64,000 nt of DNA from Naegleria gruberi (GCA_000004985.1 GG738857.1), one strand, 5' to 3'; positions 32,914 through 45,881 are shown, counted from the first letter of the stretch. Notes: generated from the letters alone by a model not told the origin. Program-made: numbers and translations.

Positions 32914-33019
32914 GATGACAACAAAGATAACAAGAATCCCATTGCTTCCCTGATTTTCTAGCCGTTACAAATTTTAACAATTAATAATAAAATAATAAAA
33001 ATTTATGATTTAAAAAAAA

Positions 33020-34657
33020 TCAACTTCCTTTCTGTTCTCGATAGGCTTTGTACCACTCGCAAGAGCCAAAGGTCTGAATGTTTTCCTTCAAGCATCGATA
33101 GGCTAAAAATTCATCATCATTACTGATGCGAAACATTTTGTCGACATTCAACATGCAATCTTCTTCTTCCTGCTGTTGTTGTTGTTGTGGTTGCGATGGA
33201 GGATAATTATTCTCATCGTTGCCATCATCATGTTGATTCACCAAATATTGCCTACTCCTGTAATCCAACCACTTTTCATAGAATAATGGTGCTGCATCGA
33301 GTAATGATGTTCTCAAAGCCTTTGCTCTCCTTTTAATCATCATGGTAGAGAACATGGAGGTTTGCAATGGAAACTTCATATCGGAAAAGACAATAACAAT
33401 CAGCCTTGTGGAGTGAGGACCCAATCGATAGAAGAAACGAACTACAAGAGCATCAGCTCTCACTTCATTCTCCGATTGTTCCAATTCATTGTTGTTATCA
33501 CCATAGCTTTTGTGAATGGTTATGATGCAATCCAATTCTGCATCGTAGACTGTTGCATTGGTAGTGTAGAGAGCTCTGTCCTTCATCTTAATTCCTGCAT
33601 AGTCAAAGGAGAGAATGGTCTTACTCTTTGTACAGGAGAGGGTCTTGTTTTGTGTGCCACTTTTGAAGCCGAGAAGGTGAGATTTCTCTTCAATATCTAA
33701 TTTACATCTACTCTCTGATGAGGCATACAAGGCAAAGATGAAATCTCTCTCCATGTCCAAATTGAAGACATGTTTGTAACATTTGAGGCCAGTTGTTTCT
33801 CGCTTGCCAATACTAAAGTCAGTATTAGAGAGATAGGTCGATAGTACGGATGGCTCCTGTGACTCGTGAACCAATTCCCAGCAATCTGAGGCCTCAGATA
33901 GAGAAAAAGCTCCATAGATGTATCTTGGAGTGATTTCATCACCAACAAAATCATTGGATTTCATTCGAAAGTCAATCCTTCCCTTTTCGTTACTTATGGC
34001 TATACGACGGGTGAATTCTTCACCTTGCTCTGTTAACAATTCTTGTAAATCATTGCTCGTTAAATACCTTGGAAATTGATCTTGCATCATATCGTGCAAT
34101 ATGGAAAGTCGTATACCCTCAAAAGTAAACTCAGGATTAAGTAATTGCAGTATTCTATTTGTGGTGGTGTTACTACTTGAGCGAGATTCTTTGAGAGATG
34201 GCAGCGAACTCACACGGCTCAGTTTGCTTTTCATGAGATTCTCAAGTTCTTCATTCATCTCTTTGGCTTTTTGGATGAGGGTACTCGATAAGTTAAGGGT
34301 AAAACTTTCTAAATGTTTCTTAAAGAATGCTCGAAAGTTATTGTACAAATAATTGATATTGGTTTGGAGTGAAGCTTCCATCTTTTCAGTTTTGAAAAGT
34401 GCCTTCTTTCGGATGGTTTTCAACTTGTATTCATGCTTATATTGTTCGAAATCCTTAAGAAAGACAACTATTTCTTGACAATCAGAAACATTAATCAGAT
34501 AACTGAAGAAATGTTCTCTGGCATCATCTACTTGCAATAGGGCATCAAACTGTACTGAATATTTCTTTGGGTCAAACTTTGTTGGCGACTGTTTGCCGTC
34601 ACCAAAAGATCGATTCTGGCTTCGTCTCTTCATTAATAGCTTTAAAGGTGACGACAT
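33020..34657 (-). CDS. RGS-domain protein (possible upstream Met at 34717)
   Basis: The N-terminal region FDALLQVDDAREHFFSYLINVSDCQEIVVFLKDFEQYK resembles an RGS box. A large C-terminal region has no family recognised. An ATG in an A-rich context lies at 34657. Confidence 0.45.
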   Translation of the reverse strand: MSSPLKLLMKRRSQNRSFGDGKQSPTKFDPKKYSVQFDALLQVDDAREHFFSYLINVSDCQEIVVFLKDFEQYKHEYKLKTIRKKALFKTEKMEASLQTNINYLYNNFRAFFKKHLESFTLNLSSTLIQKAKEMNEELENLMKSKLSRVSSLPSLKESRSSSNTTTNRILQLLNPEFTFEGIRLSILHDMMQDQFPRYLTSNDLQELLTEQGEEFTRRIAISNEKGRIDFRMKSNDFVGDEITPRYIYGAFSLSEASDCWELVHESQEPSVLSTYLSNTDFSIGKRETTGLKCYKHVFNLDMERDFIFALYASSESRCKLDIEEKSHLLGFKSGTQNKTLSCTKSKTILSFDYAGIKMKDRALYTTNATVYDAELDCIITIHKSYGDNNNELEQSENEVRADALVVRFFYRLGPHSTRLIVIVFSDMKFPLQTSMFSTMMIKRRAKALRTSLLDAAPLFYEKWLDYRSRQYLVNQHDDGNDENNYPPSQPQQQQQQEEEDCMLNVDKMFRISNDDEFLAYRCLKENIQTFGSCEWYKAYREQKGS

Positions 34658-35116
34658 TTTTTTAAGCGAATACTTCTTACCACCTAGGCGAAGAAGAGAT
34701 GCACAAATAATTCTCAAGCACTATAGCACCGTGCTATGATTACTAAGTTTTTGACACTCGTTGATAGAGGCGTGGGTTAATGAATCATTCAAAACTGGTC
34801 AATCGCCACAGTGTTTGGACGAAAAGAAATACTTTTATAGATATCCCAATTACTTTATTATTCGGGATGAAGTAAGGATTTATATTGGCCTGGGGTGGTA
34901 TTTTCCCTCATCCCATCAACGCCAATTCTTTGAATATTTGAAGCTCACTTTCGTTGAATTGGACGAAATACAAATAAGGTGTAAAAAAGTGTTTTCTTTA
35001 AATAATGAAAATTTGAGTAAGGTCCTTTAGCAACGTGTAGAAACTTAATGTTTTTTTTTGGATCATGTCGTGTAATCCTTCACTCATCAACCTGTCAACA
35101 ATCATCAAATAAAAAA

Positions 35117-38100
35117 ATGTTAAACTCGGGGACATCAGCAACTGCCTCACATAGGAGGATACACAGTGCTAGTGTCTTTCAGTTCTCTCGTCCCTCCATC
35201 TATAAAAACATTTACGGACAAGAGCAAAAGAAAGAACTTCAATTCACAAATTTATCAAAAATCAACAAGGCAGCATGTTCAGCCGAATCAACAGTTATCA
35301 GTTGTAATCAGGACTTTTTTGCTTTACCATTCGGAACATATGGTAGTGTGATTAGTAGGTTTTATTTTGATGATCAAATTGCCAAATGTCATTTAAGTTA
35401 TGAAACATTCAAATATTGCTGAGGATTCAAAAGTTAGAAGAGCAAATGCCAGTCCACCACTCTTATCTGAACACTCAGGACTTGTTCACGATCACTCCTT
35501 CTCTCCATTTCTTCCATCTGATGGCACTCATCTATTTTCAACATGTTCAGCAGATTGTACTGTTAAAATTTGGAAAATTACACAAAAGGAACAAACAATT
35601 CATGGACATTGTGAAGATTTACAACAAGTTATCACATTGAAAGGTCATGATAAGAAGGTCAATACAGGAGATTTCCATCCGAGTGTGAATAATATTTTCG
35701 TGAGTGCGAGTGGAGATAATACTTTGAGAATTTGGGATATCACAACACAGAAAGATATGATTGTTTTGAGGGATGATTTTGATGATATGGTTCAATCGTG
35801 GGATTGGTCTTCAACTGCATCAGTTTTATATACCTCGAGCAGAGATACTGTGGCAAGAGTTTATGATCCTAGAACAAAGTATGCAATTGTGGTAAGTTTT
35901 CTCATAATTTTCAAAGATTAATTTCATTGGATTTAATTTGTAAAATTTATTCGAATATTATTATGTTCAATATTGGTTTGGAAAATAATGAATGGGAAAA
36001 TAACAGTCAGGAAAAGCTCACGATGGTAAGAAGGGTTTCAGAGTTGTTTGTACCAATCACGATCAATTTTTCACAGTTGGTTTCAATGGATCTGGATCTC
36101 GTGAATTTGCCTTGTGGGATTTGAGAAAAGGTATGAGAAAGGGTCCTCTCACAAGAGAAACAATCAATGACATGACACCAACCCAGCTCTTCCCATTCTA
36201 TGATTCTTCATCTCATCTTTTATATTTGGCTGGTAAGGGAGATACCAAGATGAGAGTTTATGAAATTGATAGTAATTCAGAGCCGTACGTTCACTATTTG
36301 AGTGAATTTAAGCTTACCACAACCAATACTGGTCTTGCCATGTTGCCAAAACGTTTGTGTGATACGAAATCATTCGAGGTGGCTCGTTTTATGAAGTTGA
36401 ATGTGGAGAGTGTGGAAACTTTCAATTTTTACGTTCCAAGAAAGAAGGAACAAGCCGACATCTTCCAAGAGGACTTGTATCCGCCAGTTCCAAGTGGAAA
36501 ACCATCAAACTTGTCATCAGCTGATTGGTTTGGAGGAAAGAGCTGTATGCAAGACCTTATTTCATTGAGACCACCAGAACAAGAATCCTCACCAACTGTA
36601 TCAACTGGCACAAAAATAGCAAGAGGAAGATCGTATGCCTTAAAATCTGCTCCCTCAGTTGATAATGGACTCAATACCAAAGCAAGTGATGAATTTTCGG
36701 ACTCACTCCTTATCAATTCATACGGTTTCTATTTGAATAGTTATTTGAATATTTGGCTTCTCAAGGAGATGAAATGGAAACGATTCTTCTTTGCCCTCCA
36801 CAAGACAAAGAACAATTCGGATACGAATAGCGTAATTATTTATGGTGAGAGTCCTTCTCAGGTCAAAACAATCAGAGATGAAATTTCCAATAAGGAATCC
36901 AATTTGAATAGAAATGAATTCATTTCCAAATATTCAAGATCCAAGAATTGTGGAGTGATTTTCCTTCACCAACTCGTCTACATGCACAAAGCTTACACTT
37001 TGGGAGATGAAAAATTCTCAGACAATCAAACAATTGAAGTCATGTACACAGATATTGTTCAGAATGACAATGTCACCCTATTCTTATCGAGTGATTCTGA
37101 TGAAACTGTCAAATCATGGGTTGAAACCATTATGAAGCTCTGTAAAAAGAAGGATATTGTAAAGAACAACAAGACATTCAAGGGTTACATTTTACAACTC
37201 AAGGAACATGAGGATGATATTCCTGCCTATTGGGCAAAGAGATGGTTAAGCATTACAGAGGATTACATTCTCTTGTATGCTAGTAGAAAGGCAAGCGTGC
37301 CTGAGACTGCTTTGAAATTCCCATCAAGAAAAGGATCCTCCCAGTTCTTTGATTCTCTTTCTCATTACAAGGTCTATGAAAATGTTGATGCTTGTGAATT
37401 TTGTGATAGCATGGCTCTCAATGGAGACGAAAAGAATTTGTGTTTTACTTTGAGATTTGAAGGAAAATCAAAGAAGGACAGAAATATCATTTACTTTTTA
37501 GCAAATGATGATCAACAAAAAGAGTCAATCTTTGAAATGGTCGGTATCAATAGTGGAGCTATCAAGCTTGGTGCTTCAGAAGAGGAAAAGCTCTTGGATA
37601 AACTTGGTCTTGTTGCTCATGAAGAACCAGAAAAAATTGAAGAATCTGTCACTCCAGTCGATGAAGGAATTGGTAAAATTCAAGTATGGCCAATTTCTAG
37701 CTCTATTGCCAATGAAGATATAGAAGATTTATTCTCAGTCTTTGGTAAGATTGATAATACTTTCATTGATCCAAAGGAAGGATTTGCTCTTGTGACTTAC
37801 CATCAAAAGAGTTCTGCTTTGGCAGCTGTCGTACTCAACCAATCTACATTTGATGCTAACAAGATTAATGTTCAAGTTTTGTCAGATGATGAAGTTTATG
37901 AAGCTGGCTTTGTAAAGGTTGATAATCTTAGCCCTCAATGTTCGAAACAAGATTTACGTGATTTGTTTGGAACATTTGGTACCATTCAAAAGATCAAACT
38001 GTGGCGTGATCAAAACAAATCTACAAACTTTAGTGGATTTATCAAGTTCAAGACAAAAGAACAAGCAGAGATGGCCTTAATGTTTAATGGCTCCAAATTA

Positions 38101-40542
38101 TATTACGAAGAAATCAAAGTTACTCTTGTGACTTCTGAAACTGAATTGTCATCTTTCAATCAGGGAGATGATAAGGGTTTTGTCAACGAATATGATCCTA
38201 ATGAAGTCAAAGCAGGAAGACAAAAAGTTCTCATTCAAATCAAGGGTGACAAGAAGATTAGAAGTAGAAAAGTTGAACTTTCACCAAAGAGTGTCAATTC
38301 TGGAGATATTTTCGTTCTCGATTGTGGAGCAACAATTTATGTGTGGAATGGTAAACAGACATCTCGTTTCAAGAAGGCCAGAGGTTTAGATGTTGCTACC
38401 AATTTGAAACTCAAGGAAAGAGGAGGTAATGCTAAAATTCTGATTATGGATGAAGGAAAGGATGATGAAAAGGAGTTGGAGAGACAATTCTGGAATGCCA
38501 TATTTTCCGAATACAAGGATCCATCATTCAAGAAGGAAGATTTCCTTAAAGCAATTCCAGATAAGAAGGCAGGAGGTGACGACAAGGAATTCGAAGAATA
38601 CATTGATAAGAGAACCATTCTCTTCAGAATTGGTTTCACTGAACACAAGTTTGACATGACTGCAGATCCAAAGAGACAAGATGAATATGGAAAGTATCAA
38701 TTGAAAATTGTTAGTAGAGGTGGTCAACCGGCATTGAAAGATTTCAACTCTAACTTTGTCTATGTTTTGGATTGTTGGAGTGAAATTTACATTTGGGAAG
38801 GAAAATTCTCATCCAAGCAACAACGTTCATTTGGAAGAAAATTCGCTTCCAAACTCGAACAACAAGACAAGAGACCAATTTGGACCAGCGTGTGTAAAAT
38901 TGTTGAACACTCTGAACCAATTCTATTCAAGGAGAAAATGTCAGATTATGCAGGTGCTCTTCCAATTGCTGTTTCAAGTGCAGCTCTTGAAGAAAAACAA
39001 GGCAAGGGCAATATTGCTGCCAAGAGAGAACAACATGAAATTGATGTTGATCAAATGTTAAATGCATCGATTGCTCCAAGGGAAGCCATGTTCCACGATG
39101 AATCCCTCTCTGACCAGAACGAGGTCTTTATTTGGAGAGTTGAAGGATTCGAGAAGGTTGAATTCGACTCTAAATTCTATGGACAATTATTTAGTGGAGA
39201 CAGTTTCGTCATCTTATTCAAGTATATCAAGTTTAATAAGGCAAAACATATAATCTACTTTTGGCAAGGAAGAGATTGTTCTACCAATGAGAAGGGTGCT
39301 TCTGCATTGCTAACCATCGATGTTTCTAATATTGATTTGCAAGGTGGAGATGCTCCTCAAATAAGAATAGTTCAACAAAAGGAAACTAGACATTTCTTGT
39401 CCATGTTCCATTCACATTTAGGTTTGGATTCACTCATTATCAATACTGGAAAGTGCATTACAACAGCTCCTGAGACTATTCCAATTAGGAAGAGAATAGG
39501 AGGTGTAGCTGCTTCATCAGCCACAAATGAAGATCCAAACAAGAAGGGATTCCAACAAGCTTTGGAGAATTTGATTATTTACGATGTTCGATGTGTAAAA
39601 TCTCCAATTGCTGACAATGAAAAGCTTGAAAAGACCAAAGCTATTCAAGTTGACCTCTCACCAAATGAATTCAAAAACGTGGAACAACTTTCCCGTCTTT
39701 TCAATTCTAATCACTGTCTCTTAGTATGTACAAAGGACAAGAAGGAATGTTACTTGTGGAAGGGCAAGTATCACAATCAAAAGGAGCTCGAACTCGCTGC
39801 TCACATAGCATTGGATGTGTTAAAATTACCATCCAAACTTATTTCAGTAGATGAAGGAGCAGAAAAGGATGCCTTGTGGAAATTATTTGGTTTGACTGGA
39901 CTTTCTGCAGCACCAATCAAGAAGTACATCAAATCTCAATCAGACAATATCAAGAAGAGAATAGTTCCTAAATTGTATCAATTTTCTGGAGCTACAGGTG
40001 TTGTTGATGTTGAAAGAATTTACAATTATAGTCAGGATGATTTGGATATATTTGGAGTTTTCTTCCTCGATGCCCAGGAAGCTGGTTGCTTCGTTTGGTT
40101 TGGATCTTACTCTCAACATCATGTTCAAAAGGTAGCACTGGAAACAGCCATGAAATACTGTGTGAAACATTACAATAATGGTGAAATGCTTTTACAAGTG
40201 ACACATACCTGTCAAGAACCTAGCTCATTCAAGACTGCCTTCCATGCTTGGTCTTCCTATCGTGACAAGTACATTGTCAATTATTCTAACAATAATCCAA
40301 ATGTTGTAAATAAGGAAGTTGTCATTCCTGCCATGGATATGATCAAGGAATATGCAAGAAAGACCTATTCCTACAAGACCCTACTTTCAGAACAATTACC
40401 AGCAGGAGTTGATGCCACCAAATTGGAAGAATATTTGAGTAGTGAGGAGTTCCAAATGGTTTTCAATATGGGTAGAGAGGAATTTGCAAATCTTTCCAAG
40501 TGGAAACAAGAATCTGAAAAGAGAAAGGTCTACTTGTTCTAA
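35117..40542 (+). CDS. Villidin-like actin-binding protein: coronin-type WD40 propeller, PH-like modules, two RRM-like domains, gelsolin repeats and C-terminal villin headpiece. Proposed join(35117..35342,35434..35891,36007..40542); the first acceptor could alternatively be at 35398.
   Basis: Exons 2-3 encode a coronin propeller (SASGDNTLRIWDI, ARVYDPRT, FFTVGFNGSGSREFALWDLRKG, HLLYLAGKGDTKMRVYEIDSNSEPYVHYLSEFK). Intron 2 (35892..36006, GTAAGT..CAG, phase 0) restores collinearity with coronin. Downstream are PH-like WxxRWF segments, RRM RNP-like motifs (GFALVTY, SGFIKFKTKEQAEMAL), multiple gelsolin-type repeats, and a headpiece (LSSEEFQMVFNMGREEFANLSKWKQESEKRKVYLF). Confidence 0.65.
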
Positions 40543-40731
40543 ATTCATTATTAAAAATCTTTCAAACTCTGGTGTGAGAACAAACAAATTATAAAATTTT
40601 ATTCTTATACGAAACACAAATGAACCAAAACACAAACTATTTATTGATTCAATAATAGTTACTATTTGGAGAAACACATTATTTTACAACTCCAAACCAA
40701 TAACCATTTCAGCAACTACTCAAGAAGTAAA

Positions 40732-41163
40732 TTAATTTTCCTTGATATCATAAACATGTTCAACACCCATAGCAGAGATGGTATAAACAGTGAATGTCTT
40801 TGCATCACCACCTTCCATAGCTGCTTTAAACTTTTTCAACAAGTTCTTGTCCTTGATTTGCAAATCAGTCTTTTCTTGACCTTCATCATTCATCAAATTC
40901 AAGTAACCGTCCTCCTCATTGAAATCAATGAATTCATACTCCTTCTTGGTAACGAATGGAGCATAGATGGTCAAATCAGTTGGATGAATGGCTTCATACT
41001 TTCTTCCAGTGAAGATATCAGATGCTGTCAAGTGCATCTTTGAGCTACCATGTTTACCTGGCTTGGAGCAGGCAAAATCGATAACTTTGCAAGGAAATCC
41101 TTGAATTATTACATGTGATCCTTTCTTAATATTTCCGACTTGGATTGGATGAGTTTGGCTCAT
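40732..41163 (-). CDS. eif5a: Translation initiation factor eIF-5A
   Basis: 143 aa. Hypusine loop SKPGKHGSSK inside GFPCKVIDFACSKPGKHGSSKMHL. C-terminal OB-fold region (EYEFIDFNEEDGYLNLMNDEG) is collinear with eIF5A. Confidence 0.9.
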   Translation of the reverse strand: MSQTHPIQVGNIKKGSHVIIQGFPCKVIDFACSKPGKHGSSKMHLTASDIFTGRKYEAIHPTDLTIYAPFVTKKEYEFIDFNEEDGYLNLMNDEGQEKTDLQIKDKNLLKKFKAAMEGGDAKTFTVYTISAMGVEHVYDIKEN

Positions 41164-41304
41164 TAAAATTCTGAAGAGTTTAATTGATGATTGAGAAAAC
41201 TTGTTGTTTTGCTTTTTTTTGTTTGAAAATTATCATTTCTGCTGCAAATTGAGAAATTTATAGAGAAATTTGAGTTTTTTCTGATTGGATGCTTGAAATT
41301 TTCA

Positions 41305-41469
41305 TTGTAAAGTGGGGTGACGTGTTCTGTGATCGAAGTTTGTTGTATTTTTGGAGCTAGTTGAGGAAGTGTGTGGGATAATTACATGAAACTATTGAAG
41401 TACATTTTTGAAAATGCACATTTTGTGGATTTTTGAAAATGCATTTTGTAAAGTGGGGTGACGTGTTCT
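41305..41469. promoter_or_regulatory. Pair of identical 24-bp GC-rich elements (ttgtaaagtggggtgacgtgttct) at 41305..41328 and 41446..41469, plus duplicated tttttgaaaatgca boxes, in the 0.8-kb bidirectional spacer between eif5a (-) and the coiled-coil gene (+)
   Basis: Exact repeat read directly from the sequence. It contains a TGACGTG (CRE/G-box-like) core and stands out against an AT-rich background. Confidence 0.3.
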
Positions 41470-41957
41470 TTTTGATCATATTTTTAGTTGAATGGAAGGG
41501 AAAATTGAGGATTTTAATGAAACCAAAAGAATGGGCGAGAAAATTGATTGTAATTGATATCTTTGTTCAAATTATTAGACAAGATTCGAATAAATTTTTT
41601 TTTGAATATTTGAAATAAAAAAGAAAGTTTTCAATACTTTCTTTTCATTCCATCGTGAACTATTCTTGATTATTCAACCTAATCTTTACAATAGCCTCAA
41701 AGTTTCTGAAAGAGAGAAAGTCCAACACCCATTCATGTTCCTTCCATTTTTATTTCATTCTATCATTAACTTTCCAATGCACTCTGATCTGAATTCTTAT
41801 GATGACCTCTTTGAAATATTAAACATTGTTTCAATTTCACTTTTTTCTTTCAACACCTTTCTTATTCGAAAGTGCCCATAATTAGTCAAAATGCTCATCG
41901 CTGCAAATAAGTCCAAATATTGATTGGCACCCTTCAACCATCATCTTGAGAAAAAAA

Positions 41958-44900
41958 ATGTCACAACCTTCACCTCTTCTCATTGGCTCAGCTGCATTGT
42001 TGGGTGTTAGTGGTTTAGTTAATGGATTGTTGTTTATGAAGAATGGAGAATTACAGAAGAAACTTGAGCAATCAACAAGTACTACAAAGAAACATGATGC
42101 TTCATCGTATGGTAAGTTGTTTATTATTTGTTTTGTGTGTTATCTAAACGACCATATGTTTATTCGAATACTTTCGAATATTTATTCATCACCATATGTG
42201 TTTTATTTTCGAATATTTATTCATCACCATGGTGAATTATCGGGTTGAACAACATAATATAGAACAAATTGAAAAATTGGAGAAGGATTTGGAACAATTA
42301 AAAACACTCATCAAGGAAAAGGAAATTCTTCTTCAACAAACTACCAAGGAAAAGGACAATGAATTGAAAAGCATTCAAGAAAATTATAAAACCAAAATGG
42401 AAAAGTTGAATCAAGAGAATTCTCTTCATCTTTCCAAATTAGAAAGTGAAAAGAGTTTGGCAATTAAAGAATTACAAAACAAGACACAATTAGAGATTAC
42501 CAATCTCAAGAATTTACTTGAAAAGGAAAAACACGATCACACTCAATATGTTAAACAAAATACGTTAGAATTAGAAAATGTTTTAAAGACAAAATTGAAA
42601 GAACAAGAAGTTCTCAATTTGGAAATTAACAAATTAAAGAAACGTGAAGTAGAATTAGAATCAGAATTCAATGAAAAGAATGAACAAATTACAAGTCTTG
42701 ACAATCAATTGAATAATGTTAAGAATTTATATTCTGAGAGTATGAAACGTATTCAAGGTATTACCTCTGATTCAATGCAAAAGAAGGAACATGAAGTGAC
42801 TAAATTGAGAGAACAAGTTGAAGAAAAGGAGAAACAAGTTGAAGATTTGTTGAGTGAAAAGAAGAACCTTGAAAATGAATTGAGTGAAAAGAATGAAAGA
42901 ATAACACAACTTGAACAATCAGTTTCTTCAAATAATTCACAAATTGACAATATCGGTACTACTTTAGAAAACTTGAAACACATTCTCACTGATAAGGATT
43001 CTATCATTAATGAAAAGGAAAGTGAAATCAAGCAAAACAGTGAAAAGATTTCAACTCTCTTGAAGGATACCTCACAATTAGAATGTCAATTTACTGAAAC
43101 TATCAATAGTTTAAAGAAACAAATTGAAGATTTGATGACCAAGTCAAGCACTCTCGACAATGAACTCCAACAATCAAGAGAAGTTGTCTCCCAAACTGAA
43201 AAGGAACTTCAATCCAGCGTCAAAAGATCAGAAGGATTGTTGATGGAAATTAATCAACTCTCCAATGAGAAAGCAACTCTCCTCTCCGATAAGGATTCAC
43301 TCTCTGAACAATTGGAAGCTGTCAAGAAGCAATTCGAACAAGTTTCCTCAAAACTCCAACAAGTTCAACAAGATTTGGAAAAGAAAACCGAAGAAGAAAA
43401 GAAGACTGTCTCTGAATTGAATGATACCATTAACAAGGTTAATAATTCTCTCAATGAAAAGGTCACTGAACTCTCCTCCCTCTCGACAACACTCTCACAA
43501 AAGGAAAAGGAAATTTCCGAACTCAAATCACAAGTTGAACAATTGAATAATCAAATGGCCTCAAAGGAACAATCAATTTCTCAATTGCAAACTCAACTTG
43601 AAACTCTTTCATCTGAATCTTCTGCATCAATCAAGAGTCTCACTGAAGAAAAGCAAAAGGTTGAACAAGAATTGTCTTCATTGAAGGTTCAATTGACTAA
43701 TGCTTCTGATGAAGTAAACAAGGAACACACCTTGTTGGAAAATTATAAGAAGGATTTGGAACAAAAGCAAACAGAAATTAACAAGAAAACCGAAGAAATT
43801 TCCACATTGACCAATTCACTCAATCAATTAAAGAAGGAAAGCGAAGAAAAGATTCAGAACCTCGATCAATCAATTTCATCACTCAATGAAAAGGACGTCA
43901 AATCTCAAGAAACCATTCAATCCGTCACTGAACAACTCAACACAGCAAAGAACTCTCTTGAAACCTCACAACAAGAAGCTCAACAATTGCAAGCTACCAT
44001 CAAATCCCTTGAAGAATCCAAAGAACAATTGCAAAACCAAATTCAATCTTTGAATGATCAAGTTCAAAACAAGGATTCTGAAATTCAATCCTTGAAGAAC
44101 TCTTTGGCTAATTTGGAAAAGGAGAAACAAACTCAAAGCGAAGAATTGAGCCAAACATCAAAGAAGGTCACTCAATTGGAAGAAGAATTAAAACAAGCCA
44201 ACTCTTCTATTTCAGACATCTCCAAGAAGCTCGATTCTACACAAGAAGCTGAAACTCAAAAGACCCAAAAGGTTAGCGAATTGGAAAGTCAAATCAAATC
44301 TTTGCAAGATGCTGCCAATAATCAATCCAAGGAAATTTCTGATTTCACTGAACAAGTCAACTCTGTAAAGAAGCAATTATCTGAAAAGGAATCTGAATTA
44401 GGAAAGGTTTCGGAACAAGTTTCTTTATTGACTGCTGAACTTGCCAAATACAAGCAAGACCTCTCTGAATCCTCTTCATCATTGGAATCAACCAAGCAAC
44501 AATTAACAACTGCCACAGAAACGATTGCAACCCTTGAAACTCAAGCTGGAGAATTGAAAGATTTGGTTTCTCAAAAGGAATCTGCTGCCCAATCCTTGAC
44601 TGAACAACTCGAAAAGGAAAAGCAACAATCTACTCAAGCACTCGCTGAAGCTTCTCAAACAAAGGATGCTGAAATTCAAACTCTTAAGGAATTAGTCAAC
44701 CAAAAGGAAACTTCCAACAGCCAAGTTTTGCAAGAATTACAAGAAAAGACAGAAACAATCGCCAAGATTGAAAACCAAATTAAGGAATTGGAATCAAAAC
44801 TTACTGCCTCCACTCAACAATTCACCGAATTGCAAAGCAAGAAGGAAGAATCTGAAAAGACTGTCCAGAAATTAGAATCCGAAGTCCAAACTCATTTGAG

Positions 44901-45843
44901 TACAATTAACGACTTGAAAAAGTCCATGAAAGAAAAGCAAACTCAAATCACTGAATTGGAATCAAAGGTCAAACAATCGAATAGCAACAATAACAATAAT
45001 GGAAAGAAGAAGAATAATGGAAAGGGAGGAAATAGCAGTAATCACGATAATGAAGTTCAACAACTCCAAAAGGAAAACAACAAGTTGAAACACGAATCAG
45101 AGGAGAAAATTACCCAACTCTCCAAGACAATTTCTGAACAAACTGAACAACAAGAAAAGAAAGAAAAGGAATTCAAAGAACAATTGGAAGCCCAAGAAAA
45201 GACCAAACAAGAAGAAGTTGCTGCTCTCAAGAAGATCATTGAAGAATTGCAATCCAAGTTGAAGAATTCAAGTACAAGTACTAGTACCACTCACCAACCT
45301 AAAATCACATTGACCGAATCATCTGATGCCTTAGATAAGCTCATCCACAAGTTGCAAAATGATAACGTTGAAACTATTGATATTTTCGTACCATTGATTG
45401 ATAGTGGATTCCTTGAAACTCTTTCTGATTTGCCAAGAGAAAAGATTAGTCTCTTATTCGAATCCTTGAATAATACTCCTTCATTGAGATCGATTATTTT
45501 TGATGGATGTGCTCTCACTCAAGAAGATATGACAAGTTTGCTTCAAACTCTCTCCACTAACAAGACAATGACTACCTTGGATATTTCAGATGAATTCAAG
45601 GGAGATGAAGTTTTAGATGCCTTATGCTCTTTCATTTCAACAAATGACACTTGTAAGAGTCTCAAGATTAGAGATTGGAAATTCGAAGCCAGCTCTCTCC
45701 ACAAACTTGCCACCACCATCCAAGAATCTACTGAAAAGGGTGTTTGTAAGCTTAGTACTTTAGAGTTTGATCCAACCCTTGAATCTGTTATGACCGATGA
45801 CGATTTGGAATTAATCAATTCTGCCCTTAAATCTAATCAATAA
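41958..45843 (+). CDS. Long coiled-coil protein with N-terminal TM segment and C-terminal RNI/tropomodulin-like LRR cap; join(41958..42111,42263..45843), 151-nt GTAAGT..TAG intron carrying a 23-bp direct repeat
   Basis: Exon 1 encodes MSQPSPLLIGSAALLGVSGLVNGLLFM... and ends GTAAGT in phase 1. Splicing to the AG at 42261-62 continues ...EQIEKLEKDLEQLK... into about 1000 aa of heptad-rich E/K/Q/L sequence. The C-terminus reads ...SLRSIIFDGCALTQEDMTSLLQTLSTNKTMTTLDIS.... Confidence 0.55.
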
Positions 45844-45881
45844 ATAATTTTATCAAAAATTTCTCTATCAAGTTATAAATC

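Noticed and set aside
35048-35116. Upstream extension of the villidin-like first exon (MFFFGSCRVILHSSTCQQSSNKK) and the ATG at 35400
   Set aside because: The 35048 extension is hydrophobic and Cys-rich, unlike a coronin N-terminus. 35117 (MLNSGTSAT...) in an A-rich context is the better start. The 35400 ATG lies within or adjacent to intron 1 and is in frame only by virtue of splicing.
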